NCBI RefSeq assembly: GCF_000018105.1
Contig: NC_009925.1
Location: 2,820,001 to 2,852,000 of the forward strand
Direction of reading: 5' to 3'
Origin: Acaryochloris marina MBIC11017
GTDB taxonomy: Bacteria; Cyanobacteriota; Cyanobacteriia; Thermosynechococcales; Thermosynechococcaceae
Length of the DNA stretch: 32,000 bases
Positions 25,405-32,000 of this stretch are shown piece by piece. Both the position numbers and the translations under genes were made by a program. Below the pieces are notes generated by a model that had not been told where the DNA came from, ran no database searches, and saw nothing but the letters and a program-made list of their open reading frames with translations. How positions within the stretch are numbered: the first letter of the stretch is position 1; every line of letters starts with the position of its first letter.

Positions 25405-26487
25405 AGTAGATAGCCAGAAATATTTACATCATAATAAGTGGTTTCAGTTCAGTTGATAGCGAATAGCTTGTAGCCCAATGAAACAACGTTTTATTCAGGG
25501 ATTGAGCCCAGAGACCATCCATTTACTCAGCCGGATTCATCGCCATAGTTATCACCACCAAGTCCGTCAACGTGCCCATTGCATTCTGTTGAGTTTTGAA
25601 GGGTTCAATGTCACAGAGTTAATGAGCATCTTTGCCGTCACCCGAAAAACGGTTTATACCTGGTTAGATGATTGGGACAACCACTGCTTAGTGGGTCTGT
25701 ATGATCAGCCAGGCCGGGGCCGTAAACCTAAGTTGAATGACGTGCAGAAGGAGCAAATCCGAGCGTGGGCAAAAATGACTCCGCATAACCTCAATGCTGT
25801 GTTGGCCAAGATCAAAGAAGCCTGGAACATAGCGGTGAGCAAAACCACCCTCAAGCGCATCCTCAAATCATGTTCCATGAGCTGGCGTCGTCTCAGGCGG
25901 GTCGTTGCAGGCCAGCCAGACCCAGTGGAGTATGAAACCAAACGTCATCAGTTAGAGGTCTTGAAGCGCCAAGAGGAAAAAGGTGAGCTGGACCTGAGAT
26001 ATCTCGATGAAAGCGGGTTTTGCTTAGTGCCGTATGTCCCCTATGCTTGGCAGGAGAAAGGGGAAACACTAGGACTTCCCAGTCAACGCAGCAGTCGATT
26101 CAACGTGTTGGGGTTGATGAATCGGCACAATGACCTCACTTCCTATGTGTTTGACAAGAGTATTACCAGTGCTGTGGTGGTGGCCTGTATCGATGATTTT
26201 AGTAGGACCTGTGATCAACACACGGTTGTGGTGATGGATCAAGCCAGCGTCCATAAAAACGCTGAAATTGAAGAAAAAATTGAGGACTGGAAAGCCAAGA
26301 ATGTCGAAATTTTCTGGCTACCTACCTATTCACCGCATCTGAATTTGATTGAGATTTTCTGGCGTTTTATGAAATATGAGTGGATTGAATTTGCTGCCTA
26401 CAAGTGTTTAGGCAGCCTGAGTCTGTACATCGACAAAATCCTTAAGGGCTTCGGAAAAGATTATGTAATTGATTTTGGATAGGTACT
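25405..26487 (+). mobile_element. IS630-family insertion sequence, apparently intact (1083 bp), inserted in the wzc-like gene
   Basis: Flanked by a TA dinucleotide on both sides (25403-25404 and 26488-26489), the IS630/Tc1-mariner target duplication. The terminal inverted repeats are imperfect, about 28 bp, roughly 20 of 28 matching (AGTAGATAGCCAGAAATATTTACATCAT vs reverse complement AGTACCTATCCAAAATCAATTACATAAT). It carries a single transposase ORF. Confidence 0.85.
25478..26482 (+). CDS. IS630-family DDE transposase (HTH + DDE_3-type catalytic domain)
   Basis: 334 aa. It has an N-terminal HTH-like region, catalytic-type motifs YLDESGF and VVVMDQASVH, and the family-typical YSPHLNLIEIFW block. 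The frame is uninterrupted. Confidence 0.9.
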   Translation: MKQRFIQGLSPETIHLLSRIHRHSYHHQVRQRAHCILLSFEGFNVTELMSIFAVTRKTVYTWLDDWDNHCLVGLYDQPGRGRKPKLNDVQKEQIRAWAKMTPHNLNAVLAKIKEAWNIAVSKTTLKRILKSCSMSWRRLRRVVAGQPDPVEYETKRHQLEVLKRQEEKGELDLRYLDESGFCLVPYVPYAWQEKGETLGLPSQRSSRFNVLGLMNRHNDLTSYVFDKSITSAVVVACIDDFSRTCDQHTVVVMDQASVHKNAEIEEKIEDWKAKNVEIFWLPTYSPHLNLIEIFWRFMKYEWIEFAAYKCLGSLSLYIDKILKGFGKDYVIDFG

Positions 26488-27748
26488 TATCAATTTCTAG
26501 CTGACGACTCAGTTGCTCATACTTACGCTTTACGGCAGGGAATCGGCGCAATTGCGCATCCACTGTAGCAGCCGCTTGGACCGATGCCTGATTGCGTATT
26601 TCTAAGACTTGAATTTCATTCAACGTGTCGATCATTTGCTGACTTAACGAGCGTTGAATAGAATTTTGAAACTGAGGTAAAGCATTCGCACCAGACGAAC
26701 CAGCGCGACTTTGGCTGACAAGCTTACGCGTCTCCTGGTTCAATAAAGCCTGCAGATTTCTTTGGCGTTCTCGTAATTCTTGAACCACCGGGTTGGCATC
26801 TGTAAAACGAGCTCGTTCTTGCGCCAACTGAGTCTCAATTTGCTTCAACTGATTCAGCAACTCTTGATAACGTGGATCTTCACTGAGAGACGATGCAGCA
26901 ATCACTTGATTGGGTGCTAACCCTAGCTGTTTCTGCAAATTGGCATACAGTTTTTGCTGGGCTCTTAAATTCCGTTGGGTTTCTAACCGCTGAGTTTCTA
27001 GTTCCCTCGCTTGCTTCGCTAATTCAACCCCTTCACTATCCAAATCGCTAATGCGCTCTTGCTGTTGGAGGGTTTGCAACTGCCCTTCCAAACTGTTGAC
27101 CCGTTGCCTCAGCTCTGGTAGTTGTTGCTCAATAAAAGCCACCCCACCTCCAATACGGCTTTTACGATCTTCAAGACTGTATTTGAGATAGCCGTTGGCC
27201 AATTGTTCCAGCACGTAGATAATTTTGACGCGATCGGCTGATTCATAACTGACTCGAATCAGCTTGGTTTTCTCAAACTCGTCCTGACCGATGCGCTCAA
27301 CCTTCATATCTTTCAGCAATTCGTTGTAGCTGACTGGATATTTCGATTCAATTTGCTTCAAAATTCCCGCCAAGACTTTAGGACTTCTGAGGACTCGAAT
27401 TAGCGTTGAGTAGTCTAGCCCTTCTTGATTGGGAATATTGCCATCACGAGACAACACAGAAGGATCGGTCAATCGACCCGTTTCTGTCACTGGCTCCACT
27501 AACAGCTGAAACTCCCCTTCATAGGTTAAGGGGCGACTCAGAACTAAATAAATCGTCAACCCAGCCACTAAGATGTTAATCCCACCAATCAGCAATATAT
27601 TGCGACGAATCAATCGCCACAAGGGCCGAACGTTGAGTCCTTGCTTACCAGCAGACTGATGATTCTCTGGACTTCCTAGAGGCGTATACTCTGACTGCTC
27701 ATAAGCCTGCATCAAAGATAAGGATTGTTCATCAAGTTCAGATTTCAT
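26488..27748 (-). pseudogene. 5' fragment of the IS-disrupted Wzc-like gene (Wzz/GumC-type N-terminal TM + periplasmic coiled-coil domain)
   Basis: 420 codons of host sequence: a cytoplasmic N-terminus, TM1 (ILLIGGINILVAGLTIYLVL), PLTYEGEFQLLVEP (chain-length-determinant-type motif) and long coiled coils. The ORF then reads 26 IS-derived codons (KYLSKINYII...) to a stop at 26408. Confidence 0.85.
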
Positions 27749-28455
27749 CGTGACCTCAAAGGAGAAGGCTCAGGACCCTACATACATCAAAATACTAACT
27801 TGCAAATCGATTAGGGAATGAATTCACGAGCCTGAGTCGGTTCTTGCACACCATATTTTAAGATTTATCTGCTGTTTCCACGCCAAATTACATCAACAAT
27901 TAGAGTCTTTCTGGAGAGAATATTTTTTTGATGAGTTCGACAGTACTGTTCTCTCCCGTGGTCTCTTGCGTTTGAGAGACAGAACTGTCTTTGCTGCTTA
28001 ATAAATAGTATAACGAGGTATTTTCAAGAGCGTAAAATAGCTACAGTTGCTAAAAGCCTTATGGCTCAAGACTTTTCACCTTGCCTTCAGTCAAAGAGCC
28101 CATAATGAAAAATTTTAATTCTCGCAGAAAATATTTTATTTAAACTTCTATAATTTATCCCACCCCATACCTCATAAGTCCCTCACACTCTGAGAGTAGT
28201 TTTGTGACAAGATATTTTATTGAGTGCGGCAGCAGGGTATAAATTATTCAGTGAATCTAACTTCTTTTTCCCTAAGATTCATATTAAAATTTCCCTATTC
28301 AAAAGAATCTTTTCATTTGATTTCTCTTGTGTTGCCACTTTTATTTTCTTTGGCTATCCTTATGGAGTGTAATTTAGATCACAGCATTTCTTGTTTCACA
28401 AAACGGACTTGCGGGGGCATCCTAAAACCTATATTTTCTAAAAGCGAGAGCACTC

Positions 28456-29043
28456 ATGGATAAATTAATGAGAGTGGCCAGATTATCGGTTTTGGTTGGT
28501 GTTGTCTCCCTTTGCCCAACAATTGTTATCACCCCAGCAGCTTCTGCAGAGTCTATTTCGCCGACTACTGCCGTAGGACAAGCTCCTCAAAATTACGGTA
28601 TCGTTCGGTCAGCAGGCCTCAACACCCTGGAAATTAGACATTTAAGTGGGGGTTATCAGACATACTCGGTTTCCAGTGATTTAACCGCTTCCATGGCTTT
28701 AGGCCCAGGAGACTTTGTAGCCTTTAATGCGGATGCCAACGGCACACTCACCCAACTCCGTCCCCCTCGAATTGCTCGCATTTTTGAAGGAACGATTTCT
28801 AACATTCAAGGCAATCAGATTACGATTGTTGCACCGGACGGTTCATCGTTGACAACAACCGTTGCCGCCAATTCCGTGAATCGGCTAAAGCTATCTCTTG
28901 GAACAGGCTTAAGCGTGACTCAATACGAAGGCATTAGTGCCACGAAAGTATGCTGCATTTCTAAGTTTACACAACAGCCTCCAGTGGTCGTACCTCCGGA
29001 ACCCGCGGCTGAACCTCCTCAACCTATCCCAGCCTTATGGTAA
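28456..29043 (+). CDS. Secreted hypothetical protein with internal duplication and Pro-rich C-terminus
   Basis: 195 aa. It has a signal peptide (MDKLMRVARLSVLVGVVSLCPTIVITPAASA-ES) and two beta-rich segments of about 55 aa with a similar pattern (GIVRSAGLNTLEIRHLSGG... / GTISNIQGNQITIVAPDGS...). The tail is PPVVVPPEPAAEPPQPIPALW. Confidence 0.6.
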   Translation: MDKLMRVARLSVLVGVVSLCPTIVITPAASAESISPTTAVGQAPQNYGIVRSAGLNTLEIRHLSGGYQTYSVSSDLTASMALGPGDFVAFNADANGTLTQLRPPRIARIFEGTISNIQGNQITIVAPDGSSLTTTVAANSVNRLKLSLGTGLSVTQYEGISATKVCCISKFTQQPPVVVPPEPAAEPPQPIPALW

Positions 29044-29155
29044 ACTCACTCCTTCTCAACACCTCAAACAACAGCTGGCTCCTTCGAGGTCCGTCCCTTG
29101 ATCCAGCTATAGCTCTTCTTCAGATTGATCCTGGGGAAATAGGGAGTAAACGCAA

Positions 29156-29899
29156 ATGAACAACATTAATAAACATCCATCTCAAACGATTGGCCTCGCC
29201 ATCACCCTAGCGGGTGTTATGCACACACTGCCCCTACACGCCGCGCAACTCAACTTTGATCAATCAGAAACCGAGGGCAGTCTAACAATACCCAACGCTA
29301 TTAGTAATTGCACCCAAGAGTCTGATCCAAATTTGACATCCCAGTCTAATCCAGAGATCTCCAATCCATCCCAAACCTTGACACTGGGCTCCACTCTTAT
29401 TGCTGACAATCGTGCCACGGCAAATGATGCTGGTTTGTTCACGTCCGAATCATCCTTAGTCGCTCAATCGGTCATAGATGATTGCTGTGTTGTTGGAGAC
29501 ACAGCAATTGGTGGCCCTTCTGCTTTTGAAGATGCTGCATTATGCGGTCTGGGTGGCGTACCTCCAACCGGGGGGGCTGCACCGGGTGGCTTTCCTTTTC
29601 CTGTACTAGCCGCTTTAGCACCAGCAGCAGCTGTTCCCTTGATCGCAACAGGTGGAGATCCAGAACCCACTCCAACACCAACACCTACTCCAACGCCGAC
29701 ACCCACACCTACTCCAACGCCGACACCCACTCCTACTCCAACGCCGACACCCACACCTACTCCTACCCCGACACCCACTCCAACACCGCCTCCCACCAAG
29801 CCTCCAGAAAAAGTACCTGAGCCATCTACAATGGCTGGACTGCTGATTGGCGGTGCTATCTTCGGCATCTACAAACGGAGAAAGAAATCAAAAGACTAG
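29156..29899 (+). CDS. PEP-CTERM sorting-domain protein with (Thr-Pro)20 linker
   Basis: 247 aa. It has a signal peptide ([21 protein letters not shown]) and a low-complexity Ser/Asn/Gly/Ala-rich body. The C-terminus [28 protein letters not shown] gives the PEP motif, a TM helix and a basic cluster, which is the canonical PEP-CTERM exosortase signal. Confidence 0.85.
   Translation: MNNINKHPSQTIGLAITLAGVMHTLPLHAAQLNFDQSETEGSLTIPNAISNCTQESDPNLTSQSNPEISNPSQTLTLGSTLIADNRATANDAGLFTSESSLVAQSVIDDCCVVGDTAIGGPSAFEDAALCGLGGVPPTGGAAPGGFPFPVLAALAPAAAVPLIATGGDPEPTPTPTPTPTPTPTPTPTPTPTPTPTPTPTPTPTPTPTPTPPPTKPPEKVPEPSTMAGLLIGGAIFGIYKRRKKSKD
29669..29788 (+). repeat. Coding microsatellite-like repeat: 20 consecutive Thr-Pro codon pairs with a 24-nt higher-order unit
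   Basis: ACN-CCN repeated 20 times. The unit ACACCTACTCCAACGCCGACACCC recurs at 29681, 29705, 29729 and 29753 with 0-3 changes. Confidence 0.95.
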
Positions 29900-29921
29900 T
29901 GACGCCAGCTTGACTCCTTAA

Positions 29922-29959
29922 GCAAATAGCGACGGCCTAAAAAGACCGTCGCTATTTGC
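29922..29959. terminator. Hairpin between convergent genes (candidate bidirectional terminator)
   Basis: Perfect 14-bp stem GCAAATAGCGACGG / CCGTCGCTATTTGC with a 10-nt loop. It lies between the PEP-CTERM gene stop (29899) and the sqdB stop (29990). There is no clear U-tract. Confidence 0.55.
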
Positions 29960-29989
29960 TCAAATTCAGCTAGGTAGTATTGAATCTGC

Positions 29990-31153
29990 CTATTTACGCC
30001 ACTTAGACGTACATAGAATTTTGGAGTGATCGCACCGATCTTTATACTTCGCTGCAATTTCAGTTACTTCTTTCATCAGGCCAACATCTAACTTCGTCGG
30101 TTGCAGACCTAAATCCATAAAGCACTTATTCTCAACAAATAATTCGTTTTCTGCTGCCTCTGTTCTGGGATTTTCTAAGTAGTCAATCTTAGCCCCAGTA
30201 ATATCTGCAATAATCTTGGCCAAATCCCTCACCCGGTGGGTTTCAGTCATTTGGTTAAATATTTTGACCCGCTCTCCAGCTTCAGGGGGGTTCTCAACGG
30301 CTAGTTGAATACATTTAACAGTGTCCTGAATATGAATAAATGCTCGGGTCTGACCGCCCGTACCATGCACTGTTAAGGGGTGGCCAATGGCGGCCTGCAT
30401 CAGAAATCGGTTCAGGACAGTCCCATAATCACCGTCATAATCAAAGCGATTAATCAGGCGTTCATCCTGCTTTGTATCTTCTGTATTCGTTCCCCAGACT
30501 ACACCTTGGTGCAAGTCGGTGACTCGAATCTTGTCATTCTTGTTGTAGTAGTAGAAGAAGAGCTGATCCTGGGTTTTGGTCATGTGATAAACACTGCCCG
30601 GATCCGCAGGATAGAGGATTTGCTTTTCAACCACCTCACCGGTATCAATCACCACCTGAACATCAAGATAGCCTTCAGGAATCTTCATGCCAGCAGTACC
30701 ATAGCCATAAACGCCCATGGTGCCCAGGTGAACCACATGGATATCCAGGCCAGATTCAACGATGGCGGCTAAAACGTTATTGGTCGCATTGAGATTGTTA
30801 TTAACCGTGTAGCGCTTTTGCCGGGATGACTTCATGGAATACGGTGCAGCCCGTTGCTCAGCAAAATGCACAACCACATCAGGGCGATAGGTGCAAAACA
30901 GATTTAAGAGCCGATCGTATTCCGCCGCGATATCGAAGTTATAGAACTGAATATGCTTGCCTGTTATGTCTTGCCAGGTTTTCAGGCGAATCGAAATCGG
31001 ACTAATGGGGGTTAACGAGTTGGTCTCCAACTCATTATCAATGTTGCGCCTGGATAAATTATCCACAATGACAACATCATGGCCAAGTTTGGATAGATGT
31101 AGCGCAGTTGGCCAGCCGCAGAACCCATCACCGCCCAATATTACAATGTTCAT
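29990..31153 (-). CDS. sqdB: UDP-sulfoquinovose synthase
   Basis: 387 aa. The N-terminus MNIVILGGDGFCGWPTALHLS..GHDV.IVDNLSRR is the SQD1/SqdB Rossmann signature. It also has the SDR catalytic region YHMTKTQD (Y-x-x-x-K). Confidence 0.93.
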   Translation of the reverse strand: MNIVILGGDGFCGWPTALHLSKLGHDVVIVDNLSRRNIDNELETNSLTPISPISIRLKTWQDITGKHIQFYNFDIAAEYDRLLNLFCTYRPDVVVHFAEQRAAPYSMKSSRQKRYTVNNNLNATNNVLAAIVESGLDIHVVHLGTMGVYGYGTAGMKIPEGYLDVQVVIDTGEVVEKQILYPADPGSVYHMTKTQDQLFFYYYNKNDKIRVTDLHQGVVWGTNTEDTKQDERLINRFDYDGDYGTVLNRFLMQAAIGHPLTVHGTGGQTRAFIHIQDTVKCIQLAVENPPEAGERVKIFNQMTETHRVRDLAKIIADITGAKIDYLENPRTEAAENELFVENKCFMDLGLQPTKLDVGLMKEVTEIAAKYKDRCDHSKILCTSKWRK

Positions 31154-31415
31154 GCTTTGTCCCTAAACCGAATGTCTCAATTACAGACGAGAATTTGAAT
31201 CTTCAGAATTGCTGGTCAGTCAACGACACACCCTTTTCAGCAACCGTTAGATACGCTACCCGTTTATAACAGCTTCATAGTCTTTAAGAATATCTCAAAT
31301 CGGGGACCATCACGATTTGGGGTTGTGACAATGCTCAGATCGTATTTTGGCCAACCGCTGGGATAAGGTGAGTCTTACAAATAATAAGGTTCAGTTTCTA
31401 GACCTCACATGGACT

Positions 31416-32000
31416 TTAGGCTTTAGGCATGATGAAATTGGCAAAGCTTAGCTCGTTGACCTTATTCCACTGGTAAACCTTCTCGCGAAAGGCTTTCCAG
31501 GGTTCGTAGATCTCTTTAAAGCTAGCCTCTTTTGCCGCGTTCTCCTCATAGATCTCAAAGGAGATTTTTTGGGCGGCTTGCAGGATATCGTCGCTATAGC
31601 GAGTGAGTTGCGTCCCCCCTGCCACTAACTGAGAGATAACATCACGGTTTAAGGCATCATAGGCGGCCAACATGTTGATATTGGCTTCGTAGGCCGCCGT
31701 TTTGAAGATTTCTTGGTATTCCTTGGGCAATTTATCCCAAGCTTGGCGATTGACTAGGACATCGAGGGTAGGACCAGGTTCCCACCAGCCGGGATAGTAA
31801 TAGTATTTGGCGGCTTTTTGTAAACCGAGTTTCTGGTCATCATAGGGTCCCACCCATTCTGCGGCGTCGATGGTGTTTCGTTCTAAGGCCAGAAAAATAT
31901 CGCCACCGGGCAGGACTTGCACATTGACTCCTAGCTGCCGCATCACTTCACCCCCTAAACCAGGGATCCGCATTTTGAGTCCTTTTAGATCGCTAGCCGT
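31416..32000 (-). CDS. TRAP transporter substrate-binding protein (DctP family), C-terminal part; the gene continues beyond the window
   Basis: The frame is open to the window edge. MRIPGLGGEVMRQLG...VLPGGDIFLALERNTIDAAEWVGPYDDQKLGL.K.AKYYYYPGWWEP is typical of DctP-type TRAP periplasmic binding proteins. Confidence 0.8.
   Translation of the reverse strand, partial: TASDLKGLKMRIPGLGGEVMRQLGVNVQVLPGGDIFLALERNTIDAAEWVGPYDDQKLGLQKAAKYYYYPGWWEPGPTLDVLVNRQAWDKLPKEYQEIFKTAAYEANINMLAAYDALNRDVISQLVAGGTQLTRYSDDILQAAQKISFEIYEENAAKEASFKEIYEPWKAFREKVYQWNKVNELSFANFIMPKA

Noticed and set aside
24698-26254. ORFs 24698-24952(+), 24876-25121(+), 25705-25941(-) and 26069-26254(-)
   Set aside because: They are antisense shadows of the Wzc kinase fragment and of the IS630 transposase.
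27939-27989. Imperfect hairpin (GACAGTACTGTTCTCTC ... GAGAGACAGAACTGTC followed by TTTG) in the wzc / secreted-protein divergent intergenic region
   Set aside because: The stem has a mismatch and a bulge. No upstream plus-strand gene needs a terminator here. It could be a 5'-UTR structure, but the sequence alone does not support a call.
28224-28463. 79-aa GTG-initiated ORF upstream of and overlapping the secreted-protein gene
   Set aside because: It lies in AT-rich intergenic DNA, has no recognisable features, an atypical start and odd composition. It is more likely the promoter or 5'-UTR region of the 28456 gene.
29464-29868. 134-aa antisense ORF with a (Gly-Val)n run, plus overlapping ORFs 29472-29684, 29542-29820 and 29652-29846
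   Set aside because: They are artefacts of the Thr-Pro coding repeat read in other frames or on the other strand. The sense frame has a signal peptide and a canonical PEP-CTERM end.

Overview
Chromosomal window from a cyanobacterium. The evidence is at least 8 exact HIP1 palindromes (GCGATCGC), hemJ, sqdB, a cyanobacterial-type Ser/Thr-kinase scaffold and a PEP-CTERM protein. I can support about 24 protein-coding genes. I recognised no rRNA, tRNA or CRISPR array. Core genes are an alpha/beta hydrolase, a GH1 beta-glucosidase, a BcsA-like cellulose synthase with a C-terminal PilZ domain, a CheY-like receiver plus CYTH gene pair, a tightly packed hemJ / histidine kinase / prohibitin string, msrA, smc, sqdB and a partial TRAP binding protein. 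There are three accessory regions. (i) An AT-rich left edge encodes a divergent LspA-like membrane protein. (ii) An intact IS4-family element (18-bp perfect terminal inverted repeats, 11-bp target duplication) abuts an AT-rich, HIP1-free island. That island encodes a 1022-aa metzincin-like protein with no signal peptide, a PPC-like domain, three near-identical 333-bp tandem repeats and a type-I-secretion-like C-terminus. (iii) In an exopolysaccharide locus, a Wzc-like co-polymerase/tyrosine-kinase gene is split by an intact IS630-family element with a TA duplication. In-silico excision restores one 775-codon ORF. This gene sits next to a processive-type GT2 and a PEP-CTERM protein carrying a (Thr-Pro)20 linker. 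There is also a Hanks-type Ser/Thr kinase homologue in which every catalytic motif is degenerate, so it looks like a pseudokinase. I could not identify a complete, clearly novel multi-gene system. The best candidates for a second look are the secreted metzincin island, the pseudokinase, the receiver-CYTH pair and the IS-split wzc locus. All homology statements are by-eye motif recognition, not database searches. GC differences are visual impressions, not computed values.
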